Assembly (NCBI GenBank): GCA_040752695.1
Contig: JBFMGO010000067.1
Location: forward strand, 1 to 33,232
DNA length: 33,232 bases
Reading direction: 5' to 3'
DNA from: a bacterium
Lineage (GTDB): Bacteria > SZUA-182 > DTGQ01
Made by a program: the position numbers and the translations under genes. The notes under the pieces were generated by a model. That model saw only the letters and a program-made list of their open reading frames with translations, ran no database searches and was not told the origin of the DNA. Within the stretch, counting starts at the first letter, position 1. Every line of letters starts with the position of its first letter. Of the stretch, positions 17,439 to 26,166 are shown piece after piece.

Positions 17439-19886
17439 TCAGTAAAGAGTAAAAAGGTCAGGGAAAAAAAGGCTACCGGTACTGCCGTAACCTGAGGCAG
17501 CGGTAGAAGCGGAAGAGCCCACGCCGGGGGGAGAGTAACCGGTGTTGAAAGAACCGGAACCGGTCTGAGAGTAGTTCAATCCGCCGGTGTTAAAGGGATA
17601 CTGCATGCTGTTATAACTATTATAACTGCTATAGGTAGTGTTATACGAGAAAGATGCAGTGTTCAAGGAGAATGAATAAGGTGTTGCATAAGGCGTTGTC
17701 CAGCCTGAAGTCAGGTTCCCTGAGGTTAGATTCCCCGAAGTCAGGTTCCCCGAAGTCAGACTCGACCAATTCCATGTATTCACCGCTCCCCAACTCCCGC
17801 CGGTACTGAAGGACCCGCCGGAAAAAGGATAACCATCGCTCCAGCCGGTATTCAGATTTGAAAAAGCAGGCAGAGCAGATCCAGCAGTTCCATTGGCCCA
17901 TCCTCCCTGCCAGTTCGCAGTGGAGCTCAAGGTCGATCCCCATGAAGGGCTCCAGCTCACGGTACTGGAAAGAGTATTGGGAAAGGATGCAGAGGATGAA
18001 GAGAATGAAGAGAATGGATTATAAGAGCCCTGATAACTCCCCTGATAGCTTCCCTGATAACCGGTGGAAATCTGGCCCGTTGATGGCACTGAGGACACCG
18101 GTTTCGGACTGGTTTTAAACTCCAGCTTCGCTGCTGCCGTGCCGAGAGTGTTTCCTGCAAAGTCCGCAATAGACGCCCCGACTTCTACCGTGTAAGCGGA
18201 ACCGTAGGCCAGATTCTGATCCGGCGAAAGGGTCCACTCGGTGAAATCCTCATTTTTCGTGAGTGTATAGGCTACATCTTTTTCCCCGTCGGTCAGGAAA
18301 AAGGACAGAGCGCCTTCGACTGATCGAGGGACCACCGGCTCAGAGAAGGTGAGGAAAATTTTGGTTGAAACATCTACATTATCCGTTTTCCCGTCAGCCG
18401 TACGGGCAGTTACCCCAGGAGGTGTTGTGTCGCGCTCCACAGGGACGGGCGGCAGGTTCGCCTCAGTGGTAAAGGTGAACCGGAAAACCGCAGGCAAAGA
18501 GATGCCTTCGAAATCGGTGGCAGTCCGATCGACCGATACCGTATAGGTAGCAGCGCCACCCCAGTAGTCATCAGGAATAAACTGCAGGGTCTGGTTATTA
18601 TTCAGCCACCGTATTTGTCCGCTGGTTGTGGGCTGAATGAAGAGGGCGGAATTGGTCGTTTCGGTATTCATCGGTTTGCTGAAATTAACGGCTATGGCCC
18701 TGTCCCTGGGAAAGAAACTCGAATCGGGGTCCTGCATATCCGGCACATATCCGATAACAAGCGGAGGCATCTTCATTTGCGATGGAGCGAGGCAAACAGC
18801 CAGTCCATCGGAAAGGCGGGGATTATTCACCTCTCCGTTATATGAGCACAGATGAGACAATAATTGATTTTCCCGGAAGTACTTAAGGCCCACGGTAGCA
18901 GAGCGGCCATAACTGTATCCGTCTGTTGCAGACCTGAATAGAAGGTCTTTGTACTGGAAAGTAATGGCGTTGGTCCCTTCGGAAAGAATCACTTCAAAGG
19001 AGATCGAAGACCCGGACCCGGTATAGTAGGAACAGATCGATTCCCACTGAACGATAAAGCGCCTGGGAGAACTTGCCTCGTCGAGCCAGGTGTAGACCTT
19101 TCCTCCCTCTTCAGGATTTAAATCATCCCAAAAAGGGGCAATCATCTTGAAAGGCTGAAACTCGCTTTGCAGGTCGTCATTTTCGGCGGCCGTAGCACAA
19201 TCTTCCAAAAAAGTCAGGTACCCGTTGGAGGACACGATAAGGCTGTCGATCCTCTCGCCGAAGAAAAAGAAGGGGAACCCGATGGACACCTCTTCGAAGC
19301 TGTCATCCGAGGTGACAAAAGGCAGGGGAGAGACAGTGTCAGGAGCATCGAGCCATTGGTAAAAACAAACAGTCGGCTCGTACAGAAAGCCTTCGATATT
19401 CATGGCATACCGATTATTATTATCCGGCGTGGAGGAGAAAACCACCCAGTAATAGGTACCGGCCCCGGCCTGAACGAGGATTTCCTCATTGTCCGTCTGA
19501 GAGAAGGAGGATGCAATCCAGCCGGTATCCGCAGGCAGCCACGAAGAAAAATCGTTTCCATCCATTTTATACAGGAGAAAATCCAGATTACCATTATCGC
19601 TGTTCGAGAATAAAAGAGTTATCCGCAAAGACATTTCCTCGGTAAGGGTGATTTTATACCAATCCGCATCGAGACATCGGAGATTTTCATAAAAGCCGAA
19701 TTCAAGAGCTGTAGCATCCGAACAGGCATCATTTTCCTTTTCCGCTGCGCTCAATTCCAGATAATCGTCTTGTGTATCGGCAGCCAGGCCATTTCCAGGC
19801 ATACCAAGAACAACGACCATCATAAGTATGCCACATATGCCAAGTATGCCGCGTAAGGCATTAAGCCTTAAATTTTTGCCTTTCAT
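17439..19886 (-). CDS. Secreted multidomain surface protein (PPC-like, NIDO-like, 2x Big_5/SbsA Ig) with S/G/T/N/Y/W-rich C-terminal tail
   Basis: Signal peptide; DADWYKITL..NLDFLLY..GTYY (PPC-like); IGFPFFFFG..VSSNGYLTF..IAPFWDDL (nidogen-like); VNFSKPMN and DTTPPGV..LTFSEPV..D.AGN (Big_5). Confidence 0.82.
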   Translation of the reverse strand: MKGKNLRLNALRGILGICGILMMVVVLGMPGNGLAADTQDDYLELSAAEKENDACSDATALEFGFYENLRCLDADWYKITLTEEMSLRITLLFSNSDNGNLDFLLYKMDGNDFSSWLPADTGWIASSFSQTDNEEILVQAGAGTYYWVVFSSTPDNNNRYAMNIEGFLYEPTVCFYQWLDAPDTVSPLPFVTSDDSFEEVSIGFPFFFFGERIDSLIVSSNGYLTFLEDCATAAENDDLQSEFQPFKMIAPFWDDLNPEEGGKVYTWLDEASSPRRFIVQWESICSYYTGSGSSISFEVILSEGTNAITFQYKDLLFRSATDGYSYGRSATVGLKYFRENQLLSHLCSYNGEVNNPRLSDGLAVCLAPSQMKMPPLVIGYVPDMQDPDSSFFPRDRAIAVNFSKPMNTETTNSALFIQPTTSGQIRWLNNNQTLQFIPDDYWGGAATYTVSVDRTATDFEGISLPAVFRFTFTTEANLPPVPVERDTTPPGVTARTADGKTDNVDVSTKIFLTFSEPVVPRSVEGALSFFLTDGEKDVAYTLTKNEDFTEWTLSPDQNLAYGSAYTVEVGASIADFAGNTLGTAAAKLEFKTSPKPVSSVPSTGQISTGYQGSYQGSYQGSYNPFSSFSSSSASFPNTLSSTVSWSPSWGSTLSSTANWQGGWANGTAGSALPAFSNLNTGWSDGYPFSGGSFSTGGSWGAVNTWNWSSLTSGNLTSGNLTSGNLTSGWTTPYATPYSFSLNTASFSYNTTYSSYNSYNSMQYPFNTGGLNYSQTGSGSFNTGYSPPGVGSSASTAASGYGSTGSLFFPDLFTLY
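17704..17760. repeat. 15-bp in-frame tandem repeat (LTSGN, about 4 copies)
   Basis: cctgaagtcaggttc / cctgaggttagattc / cccgaagtcaggttc / cccgaagtcag. Confidence 0.9.
18020..18063. repeat. 12-bp in-frame tandem repeat (YQGS x3)
   Basis: ccctgataa/ccctgatag units recur at 12-bp period, encoding GYQGSYQGSYQGSY. Confidence 0.85.
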
Positions 19887-19889
19887 TCG

Positions 19890-20050
19890 CTTTTCATCTC
19901 CCAGTCCTTCTCGTTCTTCTCGGCCTTCCCGTCTCTCTCTCGTCTTTCTCTGGCTTTTTTTGGCTTTCCTGTCTTTCTTGTTTTTCTTGTCCTTCCTGTC
20001 CTTCTTGTTTTTCTTATCCTTGATCAGCCCTTATCAGTCTTTTATCAGCT
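19890..20050. repeat. Intergenic degenerate 9-bp tandem array, purine-rich on the transcribed strand
   Basis: Minus strand: gataagaaa aacaagaag gacaggaag gacaagaaa aacaagaaa gacaggaaa gccaaaaaa agccagaga aagacgaga gagacggga aggccgaga agaacgaga. Confidence 0.8.
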
Positions 20051-20051
20051 C

Positions 20052-21170
20052 TTATTCGTCCTTTAGAACCTTGATGCAGTGCAAGCCCTGGAGGGAAACA
20101 TAGATCACCCCCTGCCGATCCATGGTCATATCGAATGGCTCCGTTGAATTCAAGCCTTCAGGGATATCGGTATCTTTGATGACACCCACTACCTTCCCTT
20201 CGGGGTTAAAAATCTGAATAACCGAGAGCACCCTGTCGAGTACGTAAATATTCCCCGTACTGTTTACCGAGACGGCAACAGGACGGACAAAATTTCCCAG
20301 CCGGTCTCCAATCTCCCCGAAGGAGAATAATAATTCTTTCTTGTCGTCATAGACCTGAACCCAGCCGTTCAGGGAATCGATTATATAGATGCGGCCTTTG
20401 GAATCGAACGAGGTTTTCCCCGGGACAGATAGATATTTCGTTTTTTCCCTTTTCACGGGGAAAATACCGAGAAAATCCCCCTTGAGATTGAAAAGCTTGA
20501 TATTGGCGTTGGCGCTGTCGGAAAGGTAGAGCACATTATTTCTGTGCCCCATCTTGATACAACGCACCGGCTTTTTATCGTCTGGGCTTTTCGCTCCGGC
20601 GAAGCTGAATTCATACTGGAATCTTCCTCTATTCGAAAAAGCCAGTACTTTTTTTAATTCAGGGTCCAAGACCAGGACCGTTCCGTCGTCAGCTACCTCT
20701 ATGCTTATGGGAAGCAGAAAAGCACCCGGTTCCGTCCCTTTTTTCCCGAACCGATATAAAAAGTCGCCCTGCGGACTAAAGACCTGGATTTCGGTCCGTT
20801 CCAGGAAAATAGCAAAGAGCTTTCCATCCGCATCAAGAGCGATCCCTTTCGGAAGGCCCTCTTTGAGGGAGGGATTCCTTTGGCCGTCGATGCCATAGAT
20901 AGTCCTCAGGCATTGTACTTTCCTTCCGACTGCAACTTCATTATCATCCTTATCATCTTTGACATCCCTGTTTTCGCCGTCTGATTTAACATCCGTAATT
21001 TCACCTTGAGCGTTTACATCCGCATGTTCGCTGTCAGCTTTGATATCTGCAACTCCGTTATCGTCTGTGATCTGGCGCTTCTGAGCCAGGGCTGATGGAG
21101 TTATAAAACTGAACAGCCCGAGGACCGTCACGATCAAAAGAGGAGTGATTTTTTTCATCGGTCTTATCAT
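20052..21170 (-). CDS. Secreted NHL-repeat (six-bladed beta-propeller) protein
   Basis: Signal peptide (MKKITPLLIVTVLGLFSFITPSALA), acidic linker, then repeated P.GIA.D..G..Y..D.....IQVF...G.F...FG..G...G.F units. Confidence 0.9.
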   Translation of the reverse strand: MIRPMKKITPLLIVTVLGLFSFITPSALAQKRQITDDNGVADIKADSEHADVNAQGEITDVKSDGENRDVKDDKDDNEVAVGRKVQCLRTIYGIDGQRNPSLKEGLPKGIALDADGKLFAIFLERTEIQVFSPQGDFLYRFGKKGTEPGAFLLPISIEVADDGTVLVLDPELKKVLAFSNRGRFQYEFSFAGAKSPDDKKPVRCIKMGHRNNVLYLSDSANANIKLFNLKGDFLGIFPVKREKTKYLSVPGKTSFDSKGRIYIIDSLNGWVQVYDDKKELLFSFGEIGDRLGNFVRPVAVSVNSTGNIYVLDRVLSVIQIFNPEGKVVGVIKDTDIPEGLNSTEPFDMTMDRQGVIYVSLQGLHCIKVLKDE

Positions 21171-21315
21171 CCGTCTCCTGTATCTTATCGTTATGGTATG
21201 CTTACCTTCTATTTGTCGTTTTTTGCCTGTTTTACCAGAAAGAGTGTCTTTCGTTTGATGCCACGAGAGTCAGCCGGGAAGATTACAGGCTCGACACGTC
21301 TTATGCCTGTTTTAA

Positions 21316-21331
21316 TGCAAGATATATACCG
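21316..21331 (-). promoter_or_regulatory. Candidate sigma54 (-24/-12) promoter
   Basis: Minus strand CGGTATATATCTTGCA is GG-N10-GC with a TTGCA -12 element, about 145 bp upstream of the NHL gene at 21170. Confidence 0.55.
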
Positions 21332-21549
21332 AAGATCGGTCAGCCGGGATCTTCGGTCAGCCGGATCGTTCATCCTGGATTTTTTGCCATTTGTTTGTGT
21401 CTGACATGTGAAAAAAAATGCAGATAAGGAAAATTTTTACACGGCGAGAAAAGGACATAGACCGGCTCAAAGGATGCGGAAAAGGCAGATCGGCTGAGAA
21501 GGAATATCGAAAGAGCCCGATGCCCGGCTTTATGATTATCCCAAGAAGG

Positions 21550-22641
21550 CTACTTATTTTTATCCTTTATGACAGTTACCCGGTGGAAGGGGAGCTCGAT
21601 AAGGTAGATCAAATCGTTCTGGCCGATAAAAGTATGGGCCAATCCTTTAAATGTTTGATCCTCCTCATTCTTGTCAGGAACCTGTTTGATCACGCCCAGC
21701 AATTCTCCCTGGGAATTGAATACCTGCACTACCGATAACACGATATCCGATACGTAAATTCTCGTTTGGCTGTCAATGGCCAGCCCGGAAATCCTCAGAA
21801 ACTGTCCTGTCCGGGAACCGGTCTTGCCGATGGAAAATAACGGATTCCCCTTGGGATCACAGACCTGGACGGTGTTGACCAGGCCCTCAAGGATATAAAT
21901 ATTCCCCTTGCTGTCGAACCGGATTTGTCCGCAGGTGGGAAACCTCCCTTGTTCCGGTCCGCCAAGGGGAAAAAGGTACTTCCCGCGGCTGTCATGAACC
22001 CAGACGTGGCCATTGGCTGAATCGCTGATATAGACCCTGTCTTTGGCATCGATAGCGATATGCGACGGGGTTGTGTCCTGTTTTCCATCCTCTTTGTCAA
22101 GCCCCTGCACGGATGAGAACGAAAACTGAAAATTACCCTTCGGATCGAAGACAAGGACCTTTTTTTTCAAGACGTCACAGACATAGACTTCATCCCGGCT
22201 ATTGATGGCTATGCCGCAAATGTATGAGGAGAACGCTTTTTCTGTATCCCCTTTTTCTCCAAATTTAAACAAAAAGCTGCCTTTCGGATCGAAAACCTGA
22301 ATCTCTTCCTTTTGGCCGGAATAAACCACATACAGATTTCCTTTCGAATTCTGAGCGATAAAGACCGGAGTTCCACCACTATCGGCAGTGTCTTTTATTG
22401 CGTCTTTCGATGAGCCATATATTCTGCGCACCAGCTCTACCGGGCGGTTGGGAACTATGGCATTGGGATCGGCTTGAGCTCCGGCATTGGGATCGGATTG
22501 CGCCGCCCGGACGGAAAAAGGGAGGAAGAGAAGATGCGCCAGGATGACAGACAAAATAAGAGGTAATTCAAGAGGAAACGCGAGAGAAAAAACGGTACTC
22601 TTTAACGGAACACGGTTTAATGAGTAATATGCGCTTTTCAT
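21550..22641 (-). CDS. Secreted NHL-repeat (six-bladed beta-propeller) protein, paralogue of 20052-21170
   Basis: Hydrophobic N-terminus ending VRA; NHL repeats GIAINSRDEVYVCD, HIAIDAKDRVYISD, GLAIDSQTRIYVSD; RBS GAGGGA. Confidence 0.9.
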   Translation of the reverse strand: MKSAYYSLNRVPLKSTVFSLAFPLELPLILSVILAHLLFLPFSVRAAQSDPNAGAQADPNAIVPNRPVELVRRIYGSSKDAIKDTADSGGTPVFIAQNSKGNLYVVYSGQKEEIQVFDPKGSFLFKFGEKGDTEKAFSSYICGIAINSRDEVYVCDVLKKKVLVFDPKGNFQFSFSSVQGLDKEDGKQDTTPSHIAIDAKDRVYISDSANGHVWVHDSRGKYLFPLGGPEQGRFPTCGQIRFDSKGNIYILEGLVNTVQVCDPKGNPLFSIGKTGSRTGQFLRISGLAIDSQTRIYVSDIVLSVVQVFNSQGELLGVIKQVPDKNEEDQTFKGLAHTFIGQNDLIYLIELPFHRVTVIKDKNK

Positions 22642-22724
22642 GGGGTTCCCTCATTGATAGATTCTTTTTGCTTTATGGGTGGATAAGGAAAGTTCGGTTA
22701 TGTAAGCCGGTTATGAGTGAACAA

Positions 22725-22753
22725 ACCATATCAGAAAGCTATCTCGAAGTCAA
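22725..22753 (-). promoter_or_regulatory. Candidate sigma70 promoter
   Basis: Minus strand TTGACT-17 bp-TATGGT with a TG extension, upstream of the NHL gene at 22641. Confidence 0.55.
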
Positions 22754-22854
22754 GGGCCAAATTGCTTCCTGAGCGACGTTTTATGTCTATTTGCCATCAC
22801 GACCCGGACCACGAAATGGTCTGAGGAATTTTCATGGCCTGTGTTGCGGCTCGG

Positions 22855-25800
22855 CTACCTTTTCTGTAACCCTGACTTTCTCTGTAAACCTGACTCTATC
22901 GTTTTTCTCACTAAACGGAGCATGTCGGGCAGATCGTAAGGTTTTTGAATAAACGGGATTCCCTTCCTGCGTATGGTTTCCCACTGTGATTTCTGATTGG
23001 GATATCCGCTGAACATGAGAACCGAAATAGCGGGCTGTCTGAGGAGTATGTGCTCGACCAATTCGATGCCACTCTTATCAGGCAGGACAACATCACTCAA
23101 GACAAGATGGAAATTCCCCTTTTCCTGCTCGAAAATGTTCAGTGCCATTGTCATACTTGCAGCCTCAATGACCACATAGCCATTTTCATCGAGTAGTCGC
23201 GCGGTTAATTCCCGAACTGCTTCATCGTCCTCTACCAGTAAGATCCGCTCTCCTTTTCCCTGGAACCGTTGAAAATGAATTGCTTCTTTGGCTTTCTCTT
23301 CAGGCTCGATAAGGGAGGCTGGCAGGTATATCTTGAATACCGTTCCCTGGCCTGGCTCGCTGTAGACATTAATCCAGCCTTCGTGCTGCTTGACGATACC
23401 ATAGACTACCGACAATCCAAGTCCTGTACCCTTTCCAACCTCTTTTGTCGTAAAGAATGGTTCAAAGATTTTGCCTATGGTTTCCTGATCCATCCCCGTA
23501 CCCGTATCTTCAACTGATAATCGGACAAAATTACCGGCCCGTGCTTCAGGAACAATTTTGGCATATCCTTCATTTAAAGACATATTTTCCGTCTTTATGG
23601 TGAGTTCGCCCCCATCAGGCATAGCATCCCTGGCATTGACTGCCAGATTCATGATCATCTGCTCCATGGTTCCCTCATCGGCAAAGGTTGGCCATAGATT
23701 AGACTCTAAGTCTATCCTGATTCCGATATCTTCCCCGATGAGGCGGTGGAGCATCGCAAGCAGGTTATTAACCGTTTTATTAAGGTCGAGAGAAACAGGT
23801 TTTGTTGGCTGCTTGCGGCTGAAAAGGAGTAACTGACGAGTGAGGTCAGCGGCCCGCCCGGCTGCTCGATACACCTGGCTGAGATCCTTGTAGAGAGGGG
23901 CTTCCTTATTCGTTTTCATCAGGGCCAATGTGGTATAGCCCTGAATAGTGGTCAGGATGTTATTGAAGTCGTGGGCCACACCTCCGGCCAGAATACCGAT
24001 AGCCTCTACCTTCTGGGACTGAAACAGCCGTGCCTGTACCTGTTCCTTATCCGCTTCAGCCTGCTTGCGCTCGGTGATATCCCTGCCCTCTGGAACTATG
24101 TATTTCACCCTGCCATCGCCATTGAAGATCGGGTGCATACTGAGTTCGATCCACCGTAATTGGCCATCGCTCATCAATGCTTCGATCTCGTGCAGTATCA
24201 TTTTCCCTAATGCGCAGTTTTCAATATCGTCCTTGATGGTCTGTTTTGCCTTTTCAGAATAGCTCCACCAATGAGTATCATAGAACATTTTTCCTATTAC
24301 ATCTTCTTTTGTGATTCCGGCAGCCTGTAAGGGAGAGTTATTCACGAAAATTACCTTTCCGCTCGGCTCCAGTACGGAAAGATACGTAACCATATCGTTG
24401 AGAGTACCTGAGAAGAAGACCTTACTCTCCCTCAAAGCCTCTTCTGCCTGTTTAATTTCTGTAATATCCTGGATAAACCCGGTGATCTTGACCGGATTAC
24501 CAACGGCATCGGCAGTAACTTCCGCCCTTCCCTGAACCATACGTATTGATCCATCTGCCCGGATTACCTGATGCTGATATTCAAAAGGCACTTTAACCCG
24601 GAGGGCTGCTTCGAATAACCTTCTGATAGAGTCCTGATCATCAGGATGGATAAATTTTTTTATTTCTTCCTCAAGTGATAGCTCCGGATTTGGGGAAGCG
24701 ATTCCCATAATTCGGCACAGTTCATCAGACCAGGTCATTTTATCGGTAAGTATGTCCCACTCATAGCTGCCCGCATGGGCGAGCCTTTGAGCTGTAGCCA
24801 TCTGAGAACGGATCTTATTACGTTCGGTAACATCTCGAAAGATAGCTAAAGTAGCGGGCTTGCCCTGATATTGGACAATACCGGCAGAAATCTCCACATC
24901 TTTCATTGTCCCGTCCTTGGCTTGAACCTTCGCTTCATAAAAAGAAGGGGCATCCTGACCGGACTGACGAGGGTGATATCTTTGGATAAGCAGCTCTCTG
25001 TATTCATCCGCTATGATATTTCCAAAGGGCTTGTCAACCATCTCCTGGGGAGTGAAGCCGAAAATTGCAGCCATAGAGCTGTTGACGAATTTCCATACCT
25101 CATCTTGAATAATGGCCACTCCATCTTTTGCCTGGCTTACCAAAGCCAGATACGTTTCTTCCGCCTCCTTTTTGGCTTTAATCAATTCCTCTTCCATGTA
25201 CCTTCGATCGGTAATATCTTTAAAATCTTCAATAATACCAATAAGTTCACCATGAGGATTCCTAAACGGTTTTGCTGTCAGAATACAGGGGATTTTCATA
25301 CCATCCCTTCGCTTCTTTTCTACGTCATATTCAACCCGTTCCTCACCGCGAAAGATTCGTACCATTGGGCAGTTCGAAGTGCGGCAGAATGGACCGGGGA
25401 ACGTTTCATAACACTTTTCCCCGATTGCTTCTTCTTTGCTCAGACCTGCCAGAGCTAAGAAGGTTTCGTTCGCCCGCAGGGTATTATGGTTTTTGTCAAT
25501 GAGTCTTATTCCATCAGCAGCGGTATCAAAGATCTGGTTAAGCTCTGCATGAGCGGCTCTTATGGATGCCTCTGCCTTCTTTCGCTCGGTTACATCGATG
25601 GACAGCACTAATACCAGAGGCGGTCCATTGAAATCAGTGAGATCAGTAAGAGGATAGGCATAATTTTCGTACACCTGTCCATCGGGGCTTAGTGCATTCC
25701 ATTCCAGGGTGCCTTTTATATCAAGAGATCGCAAGGTTGGACACGCCTCACATGGCGCAATGCAGTAGGCAAGAATTTCAAAGCATTTTTTCCCTTCCGG

Positions 25801-26010
25801 TGCACCAAAACGCTCCCGAAAGCAGCGATTCGCAAAAGGGATGGTATGGTCCGGTGCCTGAATATGGATAGAAGCTGGAAAATTATCCAGAATGGCGAAA
25901 AGCTTCCTCTCCGCTTCGATTGACTCTTTATCCTGTTTTCGTTTAAAATTTTCCTTTAACCGGTTGGCAATAGTATCTATTAAGCTTTTTTCTTTTATAA
26001 AAGCGTTCAT
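22855..26010 (-). CDS. Cytoplasmic hybrid histidine kinase: about 5 PAS + HisKA + HATPase + REC (CckA-like)
   Basis: Repeated PAS/PAC ends (DVTERKKAE, DITDRR, DVTERNK, DITEIKQAE, DITERKQAE); H-box AHDFNNIL, NLAVNARDAM, GKGTGLGL; REC LVEDD..SDVVLP..SGY..QKPY; RBS AAGGAGG. Confidence 0.94.
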   Translation of the reverse strand: MNAFIKEKSLIDTIANRLKENFKRKQDKESIEAERKLFAILDNFPASIHIQAPDHTIPFANRCFRERFGAPEGKKCFEILAYCIAPCEACPTLRSLDIKGTLEWNALSPDGQVYENYAYPLTDLTDFNGPPLVLVLSIDVTERKKAEASIRAAHAELNQIFDTAADGIRLIDKNHNTLRANETFLALAGLSKEEAIGEKCYETFPGPFCRTSNCPMVRIFRGEERVEYDVEKKRRDGMKIPCILTAKPFRNPHGELIGIIEDFKDITDRRYMEEELIKAKKEAEETYLALVSQAKDGVAIIQDEVWKFVNSSMAAIFGFTPQEMVDKPFGNIIADEYRELLIQRYHPRQSGQDAPSFYEAKVQAKDGTMKDVEISAGIVQYQGKPATLAIFRDVTERNKIRSQMATAQRLAHAGSYEWDILTDKMTWSDELCRIMGIASPNPELSLEEEIKKFIHPDDQDSIRRLFEAALRVKVPFEYQHQVIRADGSIRMVQGRAEVTADAVGNPVKITGFIQDITEIKQAEEALRESKVFFSGTLNDMVTYLSVLEPSGKVIFVNNSPLQAAGITKEDVIGKMFYDTHWWSYSEKAKQTIKDDIENCALGKMILHEIEALMSDGQLRWIELSMHPIFNGDGRVKYIVPEGRDITERKQAEADKEQVQARLFQSQKVEAIGILAGGVAHDFNNILTTIQGYTTLALMKTNKEAPLYKDLSQVYRAAGRAADLTRQLLLFSRKQPTKPVSLDLNKTVNNLLAMLHRLIGEDIGIRIDLESNLWPTFADEGTMEQMIMNLAVNARDAMPDGGELTIKTENMSLNEGYAKIVPEARAGNFVRLSVEDTGTGMDQETIGKIFEPFFTTKEVGKGTGLGLSVVYGIVKQHEGWINVYSEPGQGTVFKIYLPASLIEPEEKAKEAIHFQRFQGKGERILLVEDDEAVRELTARLLDENGYVVIEAASMTMALNIFEQEKGNFHLVLSDVVLPDKSGIELVEHILLRQPAISVLMFSGYPNQKSQWETIRRKGIPFIQKPYDLPDMLRLVRKTIESGLQRKSGLQKR

Positions 26011-26123
26011 GTTTTATGCCCTCCTTATTGAGTAAGGCAATAAAAACACGTGAAACATTTCATCCCCTTACTTATCAAGGAAATCTAAAAACCTAATGTT
26101 AAATTTAAGGGTATTCCGCTTCT

Positions 26124-26132
26124 ATTATATCA
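26124..26132 (-). promoter_or_regulatory. Candidate extended -10 promoter
   Basis: Minus strand TGATATAAT about 115 bp upstream of ATG 26010; no good -35 element. Confidence 0.4.
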
Positions 26133-26166
26133 TAAACCAGAGGAGACGTGGGATAAGGAAAACTAT

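Noticed and set aside
19828..20103. Hydrophobic F/L/S-rich plus-strand ORF resembling a membrane peptide
   Set aside because: Product of the pyrimidine-rich strand of the 9-bp array; it overlaps two real minus-strand genes.
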